Positions 23,934-32,213 of a stretch of 34,164 bases of DNA are shown one piece after another (the first letter of the stretch is position 1; every line of letters begins with the position of its first letter). Both the position numbers and the translations under genes were made by a program. The notes under the pieces were generated by a model. The model worked only from the letters and a program-made list of their open reading frames with translations, made no database searches and had not been told where the DNA came from. This DNA is from Gemmatimonadales bacterium (GTDB lineage Bacteria; Gemmatimonadota; Gemmatimonadetes; Gemmatimonadales; GWC2-71-9), in assembly GCA_036522535.1 (NCBI GenBank), contig DATDFP010000282.1, forward strand, positions 1 to 34,164, read 5' to 3'.

Positions 23934-24974
23934 TCAGAGCAGCCCGCCCCTCCGGAGCTTCCCCGGAGGGTCGTAGCGCGTGTCGTGCGCGGCGAGCACT
24001 TCGGCGGGTGAGACCGTGGCCACGCCCAATTTCCCGACCTCGATGCCGGCCGCGTAGTTCGCGAGCCGCGCTGCCTCACGCACGGATGCGCCGGCGCCGA
24101 GCGCCGTACCCACCCATGCCGTCACCGTGTCACCCGCGCCCGACACGTCGAACACCTCCCGGGCGATCGCGGGGATGCGGCTGATCTCCTTGTCCTTGGT
24201 GACCAGCACCATGCCCTCGGCGCCGAGGGTGAGGAGCAAGTTGTCCACGCCCAGCTTGTCGAGCGATTGCGGGAGCGCGTCCGGACGGTCGATGTCGAGC
24301 GCCGCGCCCATGGCCCGCTCCAGCTCGCGGCGGTTGGGCTTGAACACGGTCGCCCCGCGGTAAGCGAAGAAGTGCTTGAACTTCGGGTCCACCACGACCG
24401 GAATGCCGCGCTTCTTGGCCAGCGTCATCGCCCGCTCGATCACCGCCGCGGTCAGGGTGCCCTTGTTGTAGTCCTCCAACACGAGCGCGTCGGCGTCGGC
24501 GGTCGCCCGCTCCAGCTCGGCCTGGAGCTGCGCTTCGGCGCGCTCCGGCACCGGATCTTCCACCTCTTCGTCGATGCGCACCACCTGCTGGCCACGCGCG
24601 GTGACCCGGGTCTTGGACGTCGTGGGCCGTGCCGCTACGACGACGAGGTGGCTGTCGGTGAGCCGGCTCTGAGCCAGCTCGCCGCGAAACGAGTCGCCGC
24701 GCGCATCGTCTCCGATCACCGCGACGAGCCGGCACTCGGCGCCAATCGCCGCCACATTGGCTGCCACGTTCGCCGCGCCGCCGAGCGCGTGGCGGCGCGC
24801 CCGGACCGAGACGACGGGAACCGGCGCCTCGGGCGAGATCCGGTCCGCGTCGCCCGAGAGATAGATGTCGAGCATCGCGTCGCCCACGACGACGATGCGC
24901 CGGTCGACCATCTTCGCCACCAGGCTCTCTAAATGCTCCCGGGTCAAGCGGGGGTCGGAAGAGAGAGCGGTCAC
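23934..24974 (-). CDS. hldA: D-glycero-beta-D-manno-heptose-7-phosphate kinase (RfaE domain I type, PfkB family)
   Basis: IVVVGDAMLDIYLSGDADRISPEAPVPVVSV...ALGGAANVAANVAAIGAECRLVAVIGDD is the RfaE-domain-I signature. The C-terminal motif DVSGAGDTV is the PfkB signature. The GTG start overlaps the upstream stop (GTGA). Confidence 0.85.
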   Translation of the reverse strand: MTALSSDPRLTREHLESLVAKMVDRRIVVVGDAMLDIYLSGDADRISPEAPVPVVSVRARRHALGGAANVAANVAAIGAECRLVAVIGDDARGDSFRGELAQSRLTDSHLVVVAARPTTSKTRVTARGQQVVRIDEEVEDPVPERAEAQLQAELERATADADALVLEDYNKGTLTAAVIERAMTLAKKRGIPVVVDPKFKHFFAYRGATVFKPNRRELERAMGAALDIDRPDALPQSLDKLGVDNLLLTLGAEGMVLVTKDKEISRIPAIAREVFDVSGAGDTVTAWVGTALGAGASVREAARLANYAAGIEVGKLGVATVSPAEVLAAHDTRYDPPGKLRRGGLL

Positions 24975-26497
24975 GGCAGCCCTCCTGTCGTCGAAAACCG
25001 GTAGCTCAGCGCCGCCCGCCCCTCGAACCGGGTGCGCGTGTCGCCCGCGAGGTGCTGGAAGTTGCTGATCCGATGGACGCCCGCGTCGAACGTGACCACC
25101 ACGCGGGCACCGGCGCTGTAGTCGCCCGACACCGCGGCCCGCAGCGTCCGCTCGACGGTCCCCTGGAAGATGGGCGGAGTCGTGGGATAGTTGGGGACGG
25201 CCGGATGGGGCAGGCGCGGATCTCCCTCGCCCTGCCGCAACAGCGTCAGCTCCGGCGCGAGCAGCAACCCGGGCGCCGCCAGCACGCTGAGCTTGAGCGT
25301 GGCCTGATCGTAGTCGGCGAAATTGCGGCCGGTGCCGAGGAAATGGTAGAGCGGCACCTCGAGGTTGTCTTCGTTCCGGTAGGTGAGGTTCGCCACCCGC
25401 GTGTAGAACAGCGTCCAGGCGGCCGATCCGCCCCCCAAGGAACCCCTGGCACCCGCGGTGAGGGCATAGCTCGAGGGCTTCAGATCGGTCGCCGTCTTGC
25501 GGTCGATCTCGATGTCGTCGAGCATCAGCTGCGCGAACAGGCTCACGGCTCCGTCCCGCTCCACGTCAAGCCCGACGAAGCTGTTGACGTCCGTGCCGGT
25601 ATTCAGCTGTTCGAAATATCCGACATTCAGGATGTTCAAATACCACGGCTCGAATTGGCGCCCGGGTCCCGAGAGCACCGAGCCTTCCCACACCGCGCCG
25701 CTCCACCGATCTGAAGGTCTGATCCAGAGACGATGTTGCGACATGTAGCGGTGCACCGTGGCGCCGGTCGAGTCGGTGCGATCGTCGAGCTGCGTGGCGA
25801 TCGCCTGAAGCTGCACGCGCGACGTGCCCACCGCGAGCGCGAGGTGGTCCAGCCCGTAGGGATCGTCGGATAGCAACAAGCCTTGAATGACGCTCGGTCC
25901 CCAGTTCCGGTCCAGTCTTCCGAAAAACAGCTCGCCGAACCGCCACTGGGCGCTCACGTAGCTCTCGGCCGTGCGGCCTGCGATCACGCGGTTCTTTCTG
26001 CCGAACCAATCCGGGTCGTACTTGAGCCGGGTGTCAAAGTACGTGTGGGTGACCGCAACGACCGGTCCAGTCAGCAGGGTGAGCGCCAGGCCCCCATCCA
26101 CGAATCCGTGCTTGGGTCCCGACTGCCTCGGACCGCTCGAGTCCAACGCGGCCAGTGGGTCGCGCCGGGTGTATGTGGCGGCCGCAACCCCGACGTCGCC
26201 GACGATCTGGTAGCTCGGGGCCTCTCGTTCGAGCGCGAACTCCCGCAGCAGCCGGCGCACCAGCGCGCTTCCAGCGCTACCGACCGTGAGCGTGTCGACG
26301 TCCCGGAGCGCGCGGACCAGGTCGGCCTGCCGGAGCGGACGCGTGAGCGGTGTGGGGTCGTGCAGTATGCCGGCTGCGATCAGGTGCTCGATGTACGGCA
26401 TGGCCCAGTGCTGGAGCGGAACGTAGGGTGAGGCCGCTTGGGCCGCGAGAACGGCGCCTGAGAGGAACGGGATCGCCACGACGACCCTCGCCCTCAC
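24971..26497 (-). CDS. Capsule assembly Wzi-family outer-membrane protein (tentative)
   Basis: A signal peptide is followed by SPYVPLQHWAMPYIEHLIAAGILHDPTPLTRPLRQADLVRAL, a Wzi-like N-terminal helical motif. A roughly 450-aa stretch rich in alternating beta-strand patterns follows. The GTG start overlaps the upstream stop. Confidence 0.6.
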   Translation of the reverse strand: MRARVVVAIPFLSGAVLAAQAASPYVPLQHWAMPYIEHLIAAGILHDPTPLTRPLRQADLVRALRDVDTLTVGSAGSALVRRLLREFALEREAPSYQIVGDVGVAAATYTRRDPLAALDSSGPRQSGPKHGFVDGGLALTLLTGPVVAVTHTYFDTRLKYDPDWFGRKNRVIAGRTAESYVSAQWRFGELFFGRLDRNWGPSVIQGLLLSDDPYGLDHLALAVGTSRVQLQAIATQLDDRTDSTGATVHRYMSQHRLWIRPSDRWSGAVWEGSVLSGPGRQFEPWYLNILNVGYFEQLNTGTDVNSFVGLDVERDGAVSLFAQLMLDDIEIDRKTATDLKPSSYALTAGARGSLGGGSAAWTLFYTRVANLTYRNEDNLEVPLYHFLGTGRNFADYDQATLKLSVLAAPGLLLAPELTLLRQGEGDPRLPHPAVPNYPTTPPIFQGTVERTLRAAVSGDYSAGARVVVTFDAGVHRISNFQHLAGDTRTRFEGRAALSYRFSTTGGLP

Positions 26498-28011
26498 GGC
26501 AGAGAGCCTTCGCCGTGGAGCCGGAAATCGAAGCCCAGCGAGCCCACCCAGCGAGTGTCACTGGCGCCGGTCACATGGGCCGCGTTGTGGATCAGGTGAA
26601 CACCGCCGTTTGCCACGAGTCCCCAGCTCGGGTGCTGCCAGTTCGCGCCAAGCGCCAGGCGCAGCGTGCGCTCCACCACGCCCTGAAAGATCGTTGCGGT
26701 CGTCGGGTAGTCGGGGACCAGGGGATGTGGCAGGCGCGGGTCCCCCTGGCCCTGGCGCAGCACAGTGGCTTCGGGCTGGAGCAGGAGACCCGACTGCGTG
26801 AGAAGGGTCAGCCTGGCGGTTGCCTGGTCATAGTCGTCGAAGTTCCGGCCCGTGCCGAGGAGGTGAAGCAGCGGGACCTGGAGGTTGTCCTCGTTACGGT
26901 ACGTCAGATTCGCGACTTGCGTATAGAAGGCGGTGAGCGTCGCTGTTTCCGCGAGACGGCCCTTCACGCCCGCCGTGAACGCATAGCTGGTCGGCTTCAA
27001 GTCGGCGGCGGTCTTGCGGGATATCTGAATGTCGTCGAGCATGAATTGGCCGAACACGCTCACGTTGCCCCGACGCTCGAACTCACCGCCAACGAAGAAG
27101 TTCGCGTTTGCTCCGGCGCTCCCCGCGCGCAGCACTCCCAGGGTTGCGGCGTTCAGGTACCACGGCTCAAGCTGTCGCCCGACGCCGGACAGCACCGAGC
27201 CTTGCCAGAGCGCCAACGTCCAGCGTCCCTCGGGCCGGATCCACAGCCGGTGTTGTATCATGTAGCGGTTCACCGGCGCACCGGTGGAATCGGTCCGCGT
27301 ATCGAGCTGAGAGACGTATACCTGTAGTTTGATTCGCGGCATCCCGACCGTCAGCGCGAGGTGGTCGAGGCTGTACGGATTGTCGGAGAGCAGGACGCCC
27401 TGGATCCCGCTAGGTCCCCAGTTCCGGTCGAGGATCCCGAAGAACAGCTCTCCGAAACGCCACTGCCCGCTGACGTAACCTTCGGCAAACCGGGTCGCGT
27501 TATCGGAGGTGCCAAACCAGTCGGGGTCGAGCTCCAGCCGGGTATCGACGGTAGGATGGCTCACGCCCACGAACGGCCCGAACGCGAAGAGGAGCTGTCC
27601 CCCGGCATTCGCGAAGACGTGATTGCCAGACTGCCTTGGCGGCGTGCCTCTTCCCAGTTCCAACGGGTCGCGCACGGTGTAGGTGGCCGCGGCCAATCCG
27701 CCGTTCAGATCGACGCGGTAGCGCGGCCCGTGAATGTCGGGCTTGAACTCGGCGTGGAGGCGGCGGATCGTAGCCGTGGTAGCCTCGCCCAGGTTGGACG
27801 TATCGACCGCTTCCAGCGCGCGGACCAGGTCCGCCTGCCTCAGGGGCCGCGTCAGGGGCGTCGGGTCTTCGAGCACGCCGGCCGAGATCAGCTGTTCGAC
27901 GTAAGGCATCGCCCAGTGCGCGAGCGGCACATAGGGCGACGCCTCCTGACCTGCGAGGCGGTGGGGGTCGAGGACGCATGTCGCGAGGAGGAACGCAACC
28001 CGGGCGCGCAT
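26494..28011 (-). CDS. Capsule assembly Wzi-family outer-membrane protein, tandem paralogue (tentative)
   Basis: The 794-aa ORF was trimmed to ATG 28011 (MRARVAFLLATCVL...). It is collinear with the neighbour over its full length, for example SPYVPLAHWAMPYVEQLISAGVLEDPTPLTRPLRQADLVRAL and LRQGQGDPRLPHPLVPDYPTT against LRQGEGDPRLPHPAVPNYPTT. Confidence 0.6.
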   Translation of the reverse strand: MRARVAFLLATCVLDPHRLAGQEASPYVPLAHWAMPYVEQLISAGVLEDPTPLTRPLRQADLVRALEAVDTSNLGEATTATIRRLHAEFKPDIHGPRYRVDLNGGLAAATYTVRDPLELGRGTPPRQSGNHVFANAGGQLLFAFGPFVGVSHPTVDTRLELDPDWFGTSDNATRFAEGYVSGQWRFGELFFGILDRNWGPSGIQGVLLSDNPYSLDHLALTVGMPRIKLQVYVSQLDTRTDSTGAPVNRYMIQHRLWIRPEGRWTLALWQGSVLSGVGRQLEPWYLNAATLGVLRAGSAGANANFFVGGEFERRGNVSVFGQFMLDDIQISRKTAADLKPTSYAFTAGVKGRLAETATLTAFYTQVANLTYRNEDNLQVPLLHLLGTGRNFDDYDQATARLTLLTQSGLLLQPEATVLRQGQGDPRLPHPLVPDYPTTATIFQGVVERTLRLALGANWQHPSWGLVANGGVHLIHNAAHVTGASDTRWVGSLGFDFRLHGEGSLP

Positions 28012-28107
28012 GAAGCGCGCAATAGTGGAGTTGCCGGTCGCAAGCCGCAAGCGGTTTCCCGGCGTCCAGTTGTTAGAGCCGCATCGCAGGTCTATTCTTG
28101 CCCCCAA

Positions 28108-28962
28108 GTGTCTCCGCTGCTCGTGCTGATCACGGCCGTCCTGGCGACGACCTATTCGGGCCCGATCGTCCGCTTCGCCACGGCGCCGGCGGTGGCGATC
28201 GCATTCTGGCGGCTGGCGCTGGTGCTGCCCGTCACGTTCGGACTGGCGACCCGCGAGCCGCAGGTGCGGGCGGTGCGTGAGGCGTTTCGGCTGATGCTCT
28301 TGTCGGGGCTGCTCCTGGCGGTGCACTTCTGGGCGTGGATCGCGTCGCTCCGGTTCACGACCGTGGCGAGCTCGGTTCTGCTGGTTTCCCTCAAACCGAT
28401 CTTCGCGTGGGTGCTCGCGGCGCTGTGGCTGGGCGAGCACCCCGGCCGGGCGGAGCGCTGGGGCATCGTGGTCGCCGTGGTGGGCGCATCGCTGATCGGT
28501 CTCGCCGACGCCCGCCTGTCGCTGGGTGCGCTGGGCGGCGATGCACTGGCCCTGATCGGCGCCGTGACGGGCGCCGGCTATTACGTGATAGGACGCCGCG
28601 TGCGGCAGACCGTCGGTGTGTGGAGCTACGCGTCCGCGGTGTACGCGGTCGCCGCCGTGGTCCTGGGCGTCGTGGCCGCGTTCAGCGGCGCGCCGCTCAC
28701 GGGGTTCGGCACGCGGGACTGGCAGGTCTTCGCGGCCATGGCTGCCGGCCCGATGCTCGTCGGACACACGGGCATGAACTACGCGCTTCAACACTTCCGC
28801 GCGACGACGGTGAACGTGGCGGCCCTGGGCGAGCCGGTGGGAGCCACGCTGATCGCCTGGCTGGTCCCCGCCATCCATGAGGTGCCGACGCCGAGGGCCC
28901 TCGTGGGGGGAATGCTCGTGCTCGTCGGGATCGGGTTGTCGGTGGGACGAGCCAGGCGATGA
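28108..28962 (+). CDS. EamA/DMT-family transporter
   Basis: About ten hydrophobic helices with a two-fold EamA-like organisation. The ORF was trimmed to GTG 28108. The upstream part of ORF 27361..28962 is antisense to the Wzi paralogue and non-protein-like. Confidence 0.8.
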   Translation: MSPLLVLITAVLATTYSGPIVRFATAPAVAIAFWRLALVLPVTFGLATREPQVRAVREAFRLMLLSGLLLAVHFWAWIASLRFTTVASSVLLVSLKPIFAWVLAALWLGEHPGRAERWGIVVAVVGASLIGLADARLSLGALGGDALALIGAVTGAGYYVIGRRVRQTVGVWSYASAVYAVAAVVLGVVAAFSGAPLTGFGTRDWQVFAAMAAGPMLVGHTGMNYALQHFRATTVNVAALGEPVGATLIAWLVPAIHEVPTPRALVGGMLVLVGIGLSVGRARR

Positions 28963-29993
28963 GGGTCGAGCAAGCGCGGGGCTCGCTCGTCGAGACCTGG
29001 CACGATGTCCACGTCGCCGTCGTGGACTCGACCGGTCGCCTGCTCGCCCGGTCCGGAGACCCCGACCTCGTCACCTACTGGCGCTCGGCCGCGAAGCCCT
29101 TCCAGGCCCTGCCGCTCGTCGATGATGGAGTGGTGGACCGGTTCGGCATCAGCACTCAGGAGTTGGCACTGTGTTGCGCCTCGCACTCGAGCGAGCCGGA
29201 TCAGATAGCGCTGGTGCGGAACCTGCTCGCCAGGATCGGCTGCAGCGAGCGGGATCTCCTGTGCGGTCCGCATCCGCCGCTATCCGAGCGCGTGGCCTCG
29301 GACTACGCGACCCGCGGCGTGCGGCTCACGGCCGTGTACTCGAACTGCTCGGGGAAGCACGCCGGAATGCTCGCGCTGGCGCGGCACCACGGCTGGCCGA
29401 CGGAGTTCTACACGCGCCTCGAGCACCCGGTGCAACAACGCTGCCTCGCCGAGGTCAGCCGCTGGACGGAAGTCCCGCAGAACGACATCCGGACGGCGGT
29501 TGATGGCTGCGGCGTCGCGTGCTACGGGCTGCCCCTGCGGAATATGGCGCTGGCGTATGCGAGGCTGGCAAACGCGGAACGCGGAGCGCTGAACGCGGAA
29601 CTTCAAAGGGAGCGCCCTGACACGCAGGACCCTGCACGACAGTTCCGCGTTCCGCCCTCCACGTTCCGCGTTGTTGAAGCGATGCTGCGCCATCCCGAGC
29701 TCGTCGCCGGGGAAGGGCGTGCGTGCACCGAGATCATGCGGGCTCATCCCGGGCGCGTGATCGCGAAGGTGGGTGCCGAAGGCGTCTATTGCGCGCTGCT
29801 CAAGCGGGAAGGCTTGGGCGTGGCGCTCAAGGTCGCGGACGGCCATGGCGTTGCGGCGGCGCTCGCCCTGGCGGCCGTGTTGGAGGAGCTCGGCCTCCGA
29901 CCCCGCCCGGCCTCGCTCGCCGCGCGGCCCAGCGTGAACACGCGGGGCGAGACGGTCGGCGAGCTGCGTGTAAATGGGAGACTGGAGAAATGA
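28959..29993 (+). CDS. Asparaginase II family (PF06089-like) protein carrying a repeat-derived in-frame insertion
   Basis: RSAAKPFQALPLV, CASHSSEP, NCSGKHAGMLAL, AVDGCGVACYGLPL, HPELVAGEGRACTEIM and AKVGAEGVYC match the Rhizobium-type asparaginase II family. Its ATG overlaps the EamA stop (ATGA). Confidence 0.8.
   Translation: MRVEQARGSLVETWHDVHVAVVDSTGRLLARSGDPDLVTYWRSAAKPFQALPLVDDGVVDRFGISTQELALCCASHSSEPDQIALVRNLLARIGCSERDLLCGPHPPLSERVASDYATRGVRLTAVYSNCSGKHAGMLALARHHGWPTEFYTRLEHPVQQRCLAEVSRWTEVPQNDIRTAVDGCGVACYGLPLRNMALAYARLANAERGALNAELQRERPDTQDPARQFRVPPSTFRVVEAMLRHPELVAGEGRACTEIMRAHPGRVIAKVGAEGVYCALLKREGLGVALKVADGHGVAAALALAAVLEELGLRPRPASLAARPSVNTRGETVGELRVNGRLEK
29570..29671. repeat. Heptamer-array hairpin (GAACGCG units) inside the asparaginase-family CDS: 31-bp arms (28/31 complementary) around a 40-bp loop
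   Basis: The left arm is AACGCGGAACGCGGAGCGCTGAACGCGGAAC (29570-29600). The right arm is GTTCCGCGTTCCGCCCTCCACGTTCCGCGTT (29641-29671). The total is 102 bp, or 34 codons. Confidence 0.7.
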
Positions 29994-30027
29994 AAGGATG
30001 CGGCAAGGGTGCCCGGGGGCGCGTAAT

Positions 30028-30693
30028 ATGACCAGGCGCCGCTCGCCCGAGAATGGCGTTCCCGCGCCTCTCGACGCCGTGACCGCCGCCCTCGTTCGGG
30101 TGGCGGCCGCGCTCGCCGAGGGAAAGCTCGACGTGCTGCGGACCCGGCTCGCCGCCGCGCGGAGCGCGGGAGTGCCCGATCTCTGGGTTGACGAACTGTT
30201 GCTCCAGAGCCTGCTCGTGGTCGGCTACCCGCTGACGCTGGTGGCGTTCGCCGCCTGGCGCGAGGTGGCGGGACCGCTCCACGTGGCCGGGAACGGCGAG
30301 GGAGAAGAGCTGGCGCATGAGGACTGGTCGTCGTGGGCGAAGCGCGGGGCCGCGGTGTGCGCGGAGGTCTACGGGCGCGCCTACCACAAGCTGCTCCTCA
30401 ATCTCCGGTCGCTGCATCCGGCGCTCGAGGACCTCGTGCTGGTAGACGCCTATGGCAAGTTGATCGCCCGACCGGGCCTCGATCTCAAGCGGCGCGAGCT
30501 GTGCACCGTGGCGGCGATCGCGGTGCTCGGCACGGCGCGGCAGCTGCACTCGCACCTGCGCGGCGCGCTCAACAGCGGAGCGACGCGCGCCGAGGTCGAG
30601 GCGGTGCTGGAGCTGATCGACGCCGATCTCGACCCCGCACACCGGCGCAGCGCGCGGGAGCAGTGGGAGGATGTGAAGGGGCGGAGGGTATGA
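30028..30693 (+). CDS. Carboxymuconolactone decarboxylase (CMD/AhpD-like) family protein
   Basis: GLDLKRRELCTVAAIAVLGTARQLHSHLRGALNSGATRAEVEAVLELI is a typical CMD-domain pattern. The ORF was trimmed to ATG 30028. Confidence 0.75.
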   Translation: MTRRRSPENGVPAPLDAVTAALVRVAAALAEGKLDVLRTRLAAARSAGVPDLWVDELLLQSLLVVGYPLTLVAFAAWREVAGPLHVAGNGEGEELAHEDWSSWAKRGAAVCAEVYGRAYHKLLLNLRSLHPALEDLVLVDAYGKLIARPGLDLKRRELCTVAAIAVLGTARQLHSHLRGALNSGATRAEVEAVLELIDADLDPAHRRSAREQWEDVKGRRV

Positions 30694-31156
30694 TTGTCGA
30701 TTGCGGATTGCGGAACTACCAAGTGCGGAATGGGGAATTCGGAATGCGGAATGTAAAGGGGAGGTCATGTCCCAGGTCGACTTGAAGGATCGTACTCGGG
30801 TATTTGCGTCGGCGATCATCGGGTTGGTGGAGGATCTCCCTCGAGGTCGGAGTGCCGATGTGATCGGCACGCAGTTGCTTCGCGCCGGGACCTCCGTTGC
30901 CGCCAACTATCGCTCCGCATGCCGAGCGAGATCGCGCAAGGAGTTCGTTGCGAAGATGGGAGTCGTTGAAGAGGAGTCCGACGAGGCGCAGTTCTGGCTG
31001 GATCTCTTAGTGGAACGGGGACTCGGCGACGCCGAGCGGGTGTCCTCATTGCGGGAAGAAGCTCGCCAGCTGGTTGCAATTGCGGTGTCGTCGATTCGGA
31101 CGGCGCGCGGAACTCCCCGTTCAATTCCGCATTCCACATTCCGCATTCCGCATTAG
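30694..31156 (+). mobile_element. Four-helix-bundle gene cassette bracketed by inverted heptamer arrays (IVS-like module)
   Basis: The left array is at 30699-30753 (GATTGCG x2 ... GAATGGG GAATTCG GAATGCG GAATG). The right array is at 31122-31154 (CAATTCCGCATTCCACATTCCGCATTCCGCATT). The cassette starts 1 nt after the CMD stop and ends 15 nt before the obg ATG. Mobility is inferred, not shown. Confidence 0.55.
30767..31156 (+). CDS. Four-helix-bundle protein (23S rRNA intervening-sequence protein / Avd-like family, TIGR02436/PF05635-like)
   Basis: FASAIIGLVEDLPRGRSADVIGTQLLRAGTSVAANYRSACRARSRKEFVAKMGVVEEESDEAQFWLDLL is the family hallmark. GGAGG precedes ATG 30767. The last roughly 12 codons (IPHSTFRIPH) are read from the right repeat array. 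Confidence 0.85.
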   Translation: MSQVDLKDRTRVFASAIIGLVEDLPRGRSADVIGTQLLRAGTSVAANYRSACRARSRKEFVAKMGVVEEESDEAQFWLDLLVERGLGDAERVSSLREEARQLVAIAVSSIRTARGTPRSIPHSTFRIPH

Positions 31157-32212
<1,056 letters not shown>

Positions 32213-32213
32213 G

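Noticed and set aside
27361-28878. The 794-aa version of the Wzi paralogue (to 28878) and the 533-aa version of the EamA ORF (from 27361).
   Set aside because: Each extension lies antisense to the other gene's well-supported coding region and translates to Arg/His/Asp-rich nonsense. The internal starts (ATG 28011, GTG 28108) give proteins that match the paralogue or family length.
30767-31156. Diversity-generating retroelement (the four-helix-bundle protein acting as Avd).
   Set aside because: No reverse transcriptase gene and no template/variable repeat pair are visible anywhere in the window. The family is also common as stand-alone or IVS genes.
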